Positions 1 to 7,373 of a DNA stretch of 18,695 bases are shown here, piece by piece. The position numbers were made by a program, and so were the translations under genes. This DNA comes from Candidatus Dadabacteria bacterium. Its GTDB lineage: Bacteria > Desulfobacterota_D > UBA1144 > Nemesobacterales > CSP1-2. The notes below the pieces were generated by a model. That model was not told the DNA's origin. It saw only the letters and a program-made list of their open reading frames with translations, and did no database searches. Location: positions 2,320-21,014 of the forward strand of contig PSLL01000012.1 in the NCBI GenBank assembly GCA_040289575.1, read 5' to 3'. How positions within the stretch are numbered: position 1 is the stretch's first letter; the number at the start of each line of letters is the position of its first letter.

Positions 1-1
1 T

Positions 2-295
2 GAGATACCGTTTGTGAGTTTGATTTTCCACGACAATAGCTATAGCCTCATAGAGATTAAACAACAGATTCATTTTGGAAGAAAGTCCCATGTGAACTTT
101 GGGAACCCTGATTTCGTCAAATTCGCGGAAAGCTTCGGTGCCATTGGATATAGGATTGAGGCTGCAAACGAAATAAAACCTGTCTTGGAAGAGGCTTTTT
201 CCAAAAATAAACCCGCTATTATCGATTGTCCAGTGGACTATAGGGAGAATCTCAAGATAGTGGACAAATTTGGGGGATTATTGGTATTCGCCTGA
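2..295 (+). CDS. Acetolactate synthase large subunit-like TPP enzyme, C-terminal fragment (5' end outside the window)
   Basis: The frame is open from position 2 (EIPFVSLIFHDNSYSLIEIKQ...). It carries typical TPP-binding C-terminal motifs: NPDFVKFAESFGAIG and PAIIDCPVDYREN. Confidence 0.85.
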   Translation, partial: EIPFVSLIFHDNSYSLIEIKQQIHFGRKSHVNFGNPDFVKFAESFGAIGYRIEAANEIKPVLEEAFSKNKPAIIDCPVDYRENLKIVDKFGGLLVFA

Positions 296-983
296 AGTGG
301 TAACTGCCCAGATTGTTCTTCCACCTAATACGAATCACTGTGGAATCCGTTTTGCCGTTGAGATGACTTGGACACTCAATCCAGATATAACCGCCGAAAG
401 ATTAGAAAACTGGGAATCAACACTAAACACTATATTCATGCCCGGCTTTCCGGGAAAAATCATATGTCAGTACAACCGTTACAGACTTCCCGCTTCTGTT
501 ATAAACCAAGCCCTTAGAACACATCCACTTGCAATTATTGAAAACTGTGTATACCATAACGCCTTTTATGAAGATCCTCTTGTTCTTAATGATAAATCTG
601 AAACATCTAGGTCTGAATGGATGATATCCCAGCTCAAAGGGGCCCATTTAGGAAATATAAGTACGCAAATCAAAAGCGAGTCTAATAACATATATGACTT
701 GGTATCAAATAATAGAACAAACAACACAATACAAATTCTTGGTAAAAAGTACACTATACTTATCTTAAGTCTTATAGGATATAACGGAAGCATTAGATTT
801 AGTGAAATTAAGGATAAGTTGCGTGGAATTAGTTCCTCAACTTTGTCTGAAAGGCTTGATGAACTAAAGGGGACGGGCTTGATAGAACGTGAAGTATAAG
901 CTGAGATTCCACCAAGGGTTGAATATTCTTTGAGTAAAAATGGAGCAAAACTCCTTAAGATACTTTCAACCAAGTTCATTTAA
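270..983 (+). pseudogene. Disrupted MEDS sensory domain + HxlR-family winged-helix regulator fusion
   Basis: About 342-578 reads GIRFAVEMTW...IICQYNRYRLP...ALRTHP...NAFY, the C-terminal half of a MEDS domain. About 729-983 is HxlR-like (ILGKKYTILIL...RFSEIK...ISSSTLSERLDEL...GLIEREV*AEIPPRVEYSLS). An in-frame TAA at 897-899 interrupts the motif, and the frame continues to TAA at 981-983. The N-terminal half of MEDS is absent. Confidence 0.75.
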
Positions 984-994
984 ATTTAAAATTA

Positions 995-1168
995 TTAATC
1001 CTCTTCAGATTCTAAAACCTTCAGCGCCTCGCCTATCTCAATTGAAATTATCATGATTGCCCTTCTCGCCTCATCAGGCAGGATGTCTGTGTCAACCTCT
1101 GTAGTTAGATCAAGCATCAAGGCATCCATCTTACGCAGATATCTCCTCGCCGTGTCAATCTCAGTCAT
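995..1168 (-). CDS. Small acidic hypothetical protein, 57 aa (not in the ORF track)
   Basis: Translated by hand: MTEIDTARRYLRKMDALMLDLTTEVDTDILPDEARRAIMIISIEIGEALKVLESEED*. A strong Shine-Dalgarno AAGGAGGA (1175-1182) lies 6 nt before the ATG, directly after the gloB stop. Confidence 0.7.
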   Translation of the reverse strand: MTEIDTARRYLRKMDALMLDLTTEVDTDILPDEARRAIMIISIEIGEALKVLESEED

Positions 1169-1183
1169 AGGCAATCCTCCTTT

Positions 1184-1990
1184 TCATCTCCAATTATTTC
1201 TTATCTCACGCAACTCTTTAAAAATCGCCCGTGGATCGCTTTTAAGAGATGGTTTTCTCTTTTTCATCTCTATAATTAACTCAGGCACATCAAATCGGAA
1301 AAATGGGTTGTATTTTTTCTCTTCACCGATTGTAGTAGGAGCGGGCTCTTTGCCCTGACAATAGGCAGATTTTATCTCCTCAAGCTTAGCCCTCGCCTCC
1401 ATATTTTCCGGCTCAATGCTTAGGGCAAACCTGAGATTTGTTTCCGAATAATCGTGACCTACAAATATCTTGAAATCTTCTGGAAGGGGGCGAAGTCTAA
1501 AGGCAATGCTTTTATAAAGCTCATCTACGTTCCCTCCGAATTTGGTATTGCCACATCCGGATAAGAACAGCGTATCCCCGACAAAAACATTATCATCCAA
1601 AATCAGTGAAATATGCTCAGGGCAGTGCCCAGGGGCATGCATAACCTTGATTTTTTGTTTCCCTATATCTACAACGTCGCCCTCTTCAATTGGCTTATTC
1701 TTTGAAGAAACCGCACCTTGTCCTTTCGGATGGACGAGAATCTTAGCCTTCGTATATTTAACTATTGCATCATTTCCTCTGATATGGTCGGGATGCGTAT
1801 GGGTATTGATTATATACTTAACCCTAAGTCCATGACTCGTTACAAAACCGATTACAGTCCCTGCATCAAGCGGGTCTATAACCGTACATTCCAGTGTCTC
1901 AGCACACCAAACGATATAGTTATAGTTATTGTCATTCCCTTTAATACGCATTCTTGCAATTCCATATCCGCTTTCATTGAATAATTCCAT
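1184..1990 (-). CDS. gloB: Hydroxyacylglutathione hydrolase (glyoxalase II)-like MBL-fold hydrolase
   Basis: Motifs NNYNYIV, VIDP, THTHPDH (HxHxDH), PGHCPEH, FVGDTLFLSGCG, GHDYSETNLRFA and PTTIGEEKKYNPFFR...LREIRNNW, which is the GloB C-terminal domain. Confidence 0.85.
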   Translation of the reverse strand: MELFNESGYGIARMRIKGNDNNYNYIVWCAETLECTVIDPLDAGTVIGFVTSHGLRVKYIINTHTHPDHIRGNDAIVKYTKAKILVHPKGQGAVSSKNKPIEEGDVVDIGKQKIKVMHAPGHCPEHISLILDDNVFVGDTLFLSGCGNTKFGGNVDELYKSIAFRLRPLPEDFKIFVGHDYSETNLRFALSIEPENMEARAKLEEIKSAYCQGKEPAPTTIGEEKKYNPFFRFDVPELIIEMKKRKPSLKSDPRAIFKELREIRNNWR

Positions 1991-2006
1991 CTACTTTCCT
2001 TTCATT

Positions 2007-2114
2007 TAGCCACGAAAACACGCAGATAAGAATACAGTAGATAGTATTACAGTATACAGGAGGCAGAATTCAGAAGTCTTTTTCCCGTATTTTGTATCCT
2101 ATATCCTGTATTCT
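2007..2114 (-). repeat. Intergenic imperfect-hairpin repeat, copy A (7-nt periodic arms, TTCRTGGCTA end)
   Basis: Arm ATACAGGAGGCAGAATTCAGAA pairs imperfectly with TTTTGTATCCTATATCCTGTAT. The sequence aligns with the reverse complement of 4562-4647. Confidence 0.7.
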
Positions 2115-2117
2115 TTC

Positions 2118-2390
2118 TTATTGAGTCTTAAGCCTTCTGCACTTATCAAATAAGCCGCATGGAAACAACAAATTCTCTAATAGAGCCTCTAGGTCTGCAA
2201 AGCTTCCTGAAAGCATGGATTTTATACTCAATCTCCTTCCGTGTATGAGGACAAAGAGGTCTTCAACCGAAGAGAATTTAACAAATCCGTTTTGGACTGA
2301 TTCAATTGTTCCTCTTAGAACCATCCTCGAATCCATAATTACGGCTTCTATGGGAAATCCAATAAGCTCTCTTATCTCATCGTCTTTCAT
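2118..2390 (-). CDS. Hypothetical protein, 90 aa (possible Sm/LSm-like beta fold)
   Basis: ATG-started ORF filling the gap, co-oriented with gloB. Short N-terminal helix followed by alternating beta-strand-like segments (PIEAVIMDSRMVLRGTIESVQNGFVKFSSVED). Confidence 0.6.
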   Translation of the reverse strand: MKDDEIRELIGFPIEAVIMDSRMVLRGTIESVQNGFVKFSSVEDLFVLIHGRRLSIKSMLSGSFADLEALLENLLFPCGLFDKCRRLKTQ

Positions 2391-2486
2391 AATGAATCTT
2401 CTTCTCTAATTGATTGCACAATTACTATTGTGCCATAAATCCCGACTGAATATTAATCTGGAATGAAGATTTAGTGTATACTCCAT

Positions 2487-2901
2487 ATGATGCTTATTGA
2501 AAGAAAGCTACTTTCAAGCGTATTAGTTTCGGCTCTTTTAATTATCCTTATTGGATGTGGAAACAGAAACACAGAAGAAATCCCCGGAGCCAATATCGTC
2601 GGCATAAGGGCCTCAATTACAAAGATTCTCATCTCCCCCCCTGGCATTCGACGGAGCAATAGTAGCCGTTGAGGGATTAGCCCGCGATGTGAAAAAAGAG
2701 GATTCAGACGGAAAGAAATTGGTTACAACATTTAAGCTATCTGATCTTCAGGGAAATTTCATAAATGTATCCACATCTGGGATATTGGAGATATTGGAAA
2801 ATGACTATATAGTAGTGGGCGGAATCTATAGAAGAGAAAAAAATGAAATAGAGGCCCAGGAGATAGAAAAGATACAACTAGAGGAGAAGAAGGGTAATTA
2901 G
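2487..2901 (+). pseudogene. Frameshifted lipoprotein with an OB-fold-like domain (137 aa if repaired)
   Basis: Signal peptide with lipobox LIGC. A C7 run at 2635-2641 separates two frames. Removing one C gives ...ITKILISPLAFDGAIVAVEGLARDVKKEDSDGKKLVTTFKLSD...YIVVGGIY..., which joins ORFs 2487-2672 and 2689-2901. Confidence 0.75.
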
Positions 2902-2909
2902 TGCATTCC

Positions 2910-2938
2910 TTGACAATATTAGAAAGAGAGGGTAATTT
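2910..2938 (+). promoter_or_regulatory. Sigma70-type promoter of the thrC-like/sulfur-carrier operon
   Basis: TTGACA (2910-2915), 17-nt spacer, TAATTT (2933-2938). RBS AGAGGA at 2961-2966 precedes the ATG at 2972. Confidence 0.65.
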
Positions 2939-2971
2939 TTTTTCTTTACAAATTTTTACAAGAGGAATTCG

Positions 2972-4225
2972 ATGAGCTACGTAAAAGGACTCAGGTGCAG
3001 AGAATGCGAACGTGAGTATCCAAAGGCGCCTATCCATGTTTGTGAATTCTGTTTTGGTCCCCTTGAGGTGAGCTACGACTATGATGAGATAAAAAAAGTT
3101 CTCTCAAGAGATATAATCGAATCAAGGCCACACAATATCTGGCGTTATGCCGAGCTTCTGCCGATTGATAACCCTTCTACTATTGGAAAGCACGTAGGAT
3201 TCACACCCCTTATAAGAGCAGATAACCTGGCAAGGGCACTAGGAGTTAGGGAAATCTATGTAAAAAATGACTCTGTATGCTACCCTACCCTCTCATTTAA
3301 AGACAGGGTAGTTTCAGTAGCTCTTTCAAAGGCAAGGGAGTTTGGATATAAGACCGTTGCCTGCGCATCCACCGGAAATTTGGCAAATGCCGTTGCCGCG
3401 CTTTCATCCGCGGGAAGACTCGAGAGCTATATATTCATCCCCTATGATCTAGAACAGGCAAAGATTATCGGGACTACCGTATATGGAGCAAGGCTCATAG
3501 GGATTAACGGAAGCTATGATGATGTAAACCGCCTCTGCAGCGAGGTCGCTGGAAAATTCGGCTGGGCTTTTGTTAATATAAACATCCGTCCATACTACGC
3601 CGAAGGCTCAAAGACATTCGGTTTTGAGATAATGGAGCAACTCGGATGGCGCATCCCAAGGCATATTGTAACACCCATGGCAAGCGGCTCCCTGATAACG
3701 AAGATTTGGAAGGCGATAAAGGAATTTGAGAAGTTGGGACTGGTTGATGGAACAGAGACAAAAATCTATGGAGCCCAGGCAACGGGATGCTCTCCGATTA
3801 CGACGGCGATAAAAAACGGTTGGGAAATCTTCAAGCCTGTAAAAGCAAATACCATTGCAAAATCCCTTGCCATAGGCAATCCCGCTGACGGGTACTATGC
3901 AATGAATGTAATGAAAGAGAGCGGTGGATGGGGAGATGATGCCACGGATGAAGAGGTCGTAGAGGGAATGAAACTCCTTGCAGAAACTGAGGGAATATTT
4001 ACCGAGACGGCAGGTGGAGTAACAATAGCGGTGACAAAAAAGCTCATTAAACAGGGCAAGATTCCGAGAGATGAATCAATCGTAGTGTCAATCACTGGAA
4101 ATGGACTCAAGACTCAGGAACCTCTCGTCGGCAACGTCTCAAAGCCGCATATTATTGAAGCAAAGCTCGAAGAGTTTGAAGAGTTGTACAGTAGAATTAA
4201 AAGTCATGGAAAAGGAGGTAATTAA
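2972..4225 (+). CDS. thrC: Threonine synthase-like PLP enzyme (fold type II) of the subfamily paired with a sulfur carrier
   Basis: N-terminal CxxC...CxxC ribbon, PTLSFKDR (PLP lysine), CASTGNLA, RPYYAEGSKT, PMASGSL, AKSLAIGNP, EGIFTETAGG, ITGNGLK. Confidence 0.88.
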   Translation: MSYVKGLRCRECEREYPKAPIHVCEFCFGPLEVSYDYDEIKKVLSRDIIESRPHNIWRYAELLPIDNPSTIGKHVGFTPLIRADNLARALGVREIYVKNDSVCYPTLSFKDRVVSVALSKAREFGYKTVACASTGNLANAVAALSSAGRLESYIFIPYDLEQAKIIGTTVYGARLIGINGSYDDVNRLCSEVAGKFGWAFVNINIRPYYAEGSKTFGFEIMEQLGWRIPRHIVTPMASGSLITKIWKAIKEFEKLGLVDGTETKIYGAQATGCSPITTAIKNGWEIFKPVKANTIAKSLAIGNPADGYYAMNVMKESGGWGDDATDEEVVEGMKLLAETEGIFTETAGGVTIAVTKKLIKQGKIPRDESIVVSITGNGLKTQEPLVGNVSKPHIIEAKLEEFEELYSRIKSHGKGGN

Positions 4226-4504
4226 ATGCCATCTGTAAGGATTCCAACCCCACTTAGAAGGCTTGTAGGAGAGAAAGATGAAGTTACAGTAGATGCCAAA
4301 AATGTTAAGGAGTTGATTGAGGAGATTGAAAGGCAGTTTCCCGGAGTAAAAGAGAGGCTCTGCGATGAACATGGAAACGTAAGGAGATTCATAAATCTCT
4401 ACGTTAACAATGAAGACATAAGATTTCTTAAGGGAGTAGAAACAGAGCTTAAAGAAAGCGACACCGTATCAATCATCCCCGCAATTGCAGGCGGAATATT
4501 ATAA
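4226..4504 (+). CDS. MoaD/ThiS/CysO-family ubiquitin-like sulfur carrier protein
   Basis: VRIPTPLR...RRFINLYVNNEDIRFL...VSIIPAIAGGIL. The ATG directly follows the thrC-like stop (TAAATG), with SD AAGGAGGT inside the upstream gene. Confidence 0.9.
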   Translation: MPSVRIPTPLRRLVGEKDEVTVDAKNVKELIEEIERQFPGVKERLCDEHGNVRRFINLYVNNEDIRFLKGVETELKESDTVSIIPAIAGGIL

Positions 4505-4561
4505 GGCAGCGTCAATGCCCAAAAGTACCAAGGCACAAATTGAGAAATATAAATTTTAAGA

Positions 4562-4647
4562 TAGATTCAGGAGGCAGGGTACAGACGCCGGAAGAAAACC
4601 TCTGAATTCTGACTCCTGGCTTCTCATCTTTAGTGTCTTCATGGCTA
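4562..4647 (+). repeat. Intergenic imperfect-hairpin repeat, copy B
   Basis: Arm CAGGAGGCAGGGTACAGA pairs imperfectly with TCTGAATTCTGACTCCTG. The element ends GTGTCTTCATGGCTA and is an inverted homologue of 2007-2114. Confidence 0.7.
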
Positions 4648-4713
4648 TTATCTCTGTTTTAGGCTAATTAATTTCTCAAAATCCGCATTACACCTCTCCT
4701 AAAATAAAAACGC

Positions 4714-5625
4714 ATGAGTCGCTTCGACGTCATTGGGATCGGTCAGGTATGTGTGGATCATATTGGAAGGGTTCTCTATTATCCCGATGTTGAAGGAAGG
4801 GTTAAGTTAGAAGAGGTCACACTACGCAGTGGAGGGCCAACAGCAACCGCACTCTTAGTCCTCGCCCGTCTGGGAATGAATGTTGCTCTCATTGGTAAAG
4901 TAGGAGATGACGACCTAGGTATGATGGCAATTCGGGACCTTCAGAAAGAGGGAGTAGACATCTCTTTTGTGATAAAAGAAAAACATAAAAAAACACAAGT
5001 CTCATTCATACCAGTTGAGAGGGAAAGCGGCAGAAGAACGGTTTTTTGGTCAAGGGGAACCATTACGCCTCTTAAGACAAGAGACATAAAAAGGAAACTA
5101 ATAGCTCAATCAAAGGCGATTCACTTTGATGAGCTATTTGTCGAAGCCATAGTTGAGGCGGCTCAAATGGCAAAGAAATCTGACGTTATAGTATCAATGG
5201 ATGCGGGGAATTATGAAGAGGGAATCGAAGAGATAAAAAGGAAAGTAGATTTGTTCATAGCCTCTGAAAGCTTTATGAAAGAATACTGTGAAGAAGAGAA
5301 TCCATCCAAAGGTATAAAAAAGCTAAAAGAATTTGGGGCTAAGGTCACAACTGTAACGCTCGGGTCTAAAGGCTCTATTACTATTTACAATAATGAACTC
5401 ATAAAAATCCCAGCTTATTCAGTCCGAGCCGTAGATACAACGGGAGCAGGAGACGTATTTCATGGGGCGTTTCTCTATGGTTGGCTCAAGGGTTGGGATA
5501 TAAGACAGGCCTTGAGATTCGCCTCTGCCGCGGCCGCAATGAACTGTCTTTCACTCGGAGCACACGGAGGAATCCCTAAGAAACCAGAAGAAGTGTTTGA
5601 TTTTATGAAAATGGCAGAGAAATAG
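4714..5625 (+). CDS. PfkB/ribokinase-family carbohydrate kinase
   Basis: GGPTATALLVLARLG...GKVGDDDLG (PfkB signature 1), VTLGSKGS, VDTTGAGDVFHGAF (signature 2). Confidence 0.9.
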   Translation: MSRFDVIGIGQVCVDHIGRVLYYPDVEGRVKLEEVTLRSGGPTATALLVLARLGMNVALIGKVGDDDLGMMAIRDLQKEGVDISFVIKEKHKKTQVSFIPVERESGRRTVFWSRGTITPLKTRDIKRKLIAQSKAIHFDELFVEAIVEAAQMAKKSDVIVSMDAGNYEEGIEEIKRKVDLFIASESFMKEYCEEENPSKGIKKLKEFGAKVTTVTLGSKGSITIYNNELIKIPAYSVRAVDTTGAGDVFHGAFLYGWLKGWDIRQALRFASAAAAMNCLSLGAHGGIPKKPEEVFDFMKMAEK

Positions 5626-5649
5626 ACAAATCTTGGGATTAGCCATATA

Positions 5650-5675
5650 ATAATCTACTCTATAGAGGTGATTAT
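5650..5675. promoter_or_regulatory. 26-bp imperfect palindrome, candidate transcription-factor operator
   Basis: ATAATC-TA-CTCTATAGAG-GT-GATTAT, with 22 of 26 positions symmetric, 33 nt upstream of the ATG at 5709. Confidence 0.4.
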
Positions 5676-5708
5676 ACAGCAAAAGCGCGGTCTAAAAGGA
5701 GGTCTGCG

Positions 5709-6197
5709 ATGAATATTTGAATATTGGTTGCAATTATTTCTCTTGTGGCAACGCCAGCCTTTGCTGACGCGACAGCCGATGCAAAGGCACACTCCGAGGC
5801 ATTCGCACGAGCTGTGAATACTGGAGATGCGAAGGTGACGCTTGCCCTTTATTCGGACAATGCCCGTGTAATTTGGCCCGGTCAAGGCGATGAAGCTAAT
5901 GGGAAAGCCGAAATCGAGAAGTTGATTGTCAATACCATGAAAGCCTTTCCGGGTGCAAAGATGACTCTCAAGATGCAGGAGGCTATACCATTGGGGAACG
6001 GCTACATCGCTACAATCGGAAAATGGGAGATGTTATTCAAGGGACAAGATAGAAAGGTTCAGACGATGGAGATACGTACAAGCGAGGTCATAAAGAAGCA
6101 GGGCCGTCGGACAGTCTACGTTATTGATCATACCTCAGTCGGCCTACCTCCACCCGCTAGAAAAGGAGCTACGGGCACGAGCCCAGCCCCAAAGTGA
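5709..6197 (+). pseudogene. Secreted SnoaL/DUF4440 (NTF2-like) protein with an in-frame TGA at codon 4; could alternatively be expressed from TTG 5724
   Basis: Perfect SD AAGGAGGT (5696-5703), then ATG AAT ATT TGA ATA TTG GTT..., in frame with ORF 5724-6197. Signal peptide ends in AFA-D. NTF2-like pattern FARAVNTGD...LYSDNARVIWPG...GKAEI. Confidence 0.65.
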
Positions 6198-6252
6198 ATA
6201 GAGGCGATATCTTTAGATAATTAAAGACAGAATGGTATTTCTTGGATAGTAT

Positions 6253-7344
6253 TTACCCAAACAACTCGCGGAACTTCTCGAAGAAATTTTTTATCATCGG
6301 ATTTTCGTCACCTTCGCCTGCTTTAGCAAACTCCTCTAGCAACTGTTTTTGTTTTGAATTGAGATTTACTGGAACCTCCACCTGAACCTTTACATAAAGG
6401 TCGCCTTTCCCCTTTCCATTAAGGCTTGGCACGCCCTTGCCCTTGAGCTTAAATGTCTGCCCGGGCTGGGTTCCGGGTGGGATTTTAGTCGTAGTTTTTC
6501 CCTCAAGTGTTGGAATCTCTATCTCCGCACCAAGCGCCGCCTGAACAAAGCTTATTGGAACCTCGCAGAATATGTCCTTTCCTTCTCGCTTAAAGAATGG
6601 GTGCTCTTTTACATATATCTCAACATATAGGTCTCCGTTTGGGCCACCGAGAGAGCCAATATCGCCTTCCCCGCGAAGTCTAAGTCTTGTGCCGTCGGTG
6701 ACACCGGCGGGAATCTTTACCTTAACCGTCTGCTCGGATTTCAGAAACCCTTCTCCCTTGCACTTAGGACAGGGCTTTTTTATCACCCTTCCCGCCCCGC
6801 CACAGTTCGAACAGGTTCTGCTTATTGCAAAAAAACCCTCGGAGTATCTGACCTCTCCTCTTCCGGCGCACATTACACAAACGGCCTCTCCGCCGGGAGC
6901 CGCACCGCGTCCGCTGCACTCTTGGCAGAAAACCCTCTTGGGTACTACAATCTCCCTCTCTACACCAAAAGCCGCCTCTTCAAATGTAAGTTGAAGCACG
7001 TACTTTAAATCTCTACCCCTTTCAGGATGGCGTCTTCTTCCAGTATTGAAAACCTCTTCAAATAGGTTTCCAAAGAGATCGCTAAAGTTGAAATCCGCGT
7101 CCGAGAAAAATCCCTCAGTTGATATATGACCGAAGCTATCGTACTGGGCTCTTTTCTCAGGGTTGCTTAGAACCTGATATGCCTCGTTAATCTCCTTAAA
7201 CCTCTCCTCAGCCTCAGAACTACCGGGATTTCTATCAGGATGGTATTCAAACGCAAGCCTTTTATATGCCCTTTTCATCTCTTCCTGAGTGGCATTGCGA
7301 TCGACTCCTAGAATCTCATAATAGTCTCTCTTAGCCTTCGTCAT
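6253..7344 (-). CDS. dnaJ: Chaperone DnaJ (class A); start at ATG 7344 preferred over GTG 7356
   Basis: [12 protein letters not shown] motif, G/F region, four CxxCxGxG repeats, C-terminal VKIPAGV and GDLYV. Confidence 0.96.
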   Translation of the reverse strand: MTKAKRDYYEILGVDRNATQEEMKRAYKRLAFEYHPDRNPGSSEAEERFKEINEAYQVLSNPEKRAQYDSFGHISTEGFFSDADFNFSDLFGNLFEEVFNTGRRRHPERGRDLKYVLQLTFEEAAFGVEREIVVPKRVFCQECSGRGAAPGGEAVCVMCAGRGEVRYSEGFFAISRTCSNCGGAGRVIKKPCPKCKGEGFLKSEQTVKVKIPAGVTDGTRLRLRGEGDIGSLGGPNGDLYVEIYVKEHPFFKREGKDIFCEVPISFVQAALGAEIEIPTLEGKTTTKIPPGTQPGQTFKLKGKGVPSLNGKGKGDLYVKVQVEVPVNLNSKQKQLLEEFAKAGEGDENPMIKNFFEKFRELFG

Positions 7345-7373
7345 ATTAATTCCCACTCCAAAATCTAAATGGA

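Noticed and set aside
2007..2114. Periodic repeats as a CRISPR array
   Set aside because: The units are degenerate 7-mers with no spacers, and no cas genes are present.
2412..2436. TGGCAC on the minus strand as a possible sigma54 -24 box
   Set aside because: No TTGC at the required -12 spacing (the sequence reads TGGCAC-AATAG-TAAT).
2939..2971. Possible SAM riboswitch or T-box ahead of the thrC-like gene
   Set aside because: Only about 33 nt separate the -10 box from the ATG, too short for such a leader.
5718..5720. TGA as a selenocysteine codon
   Set aside because: It falls in a signal-peptide n-region, not at a catalytic Cys position, and I see no convincing SECIS hairpin after it.
6210..6227. 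TCTTTA-GATAAT-TAAAGA inverted repeat between the convergent SnoaL-like gene and dnaJ
   Set aside because: The 6-bp AT-rich stem without a U-tract is too weak to call a terminator.
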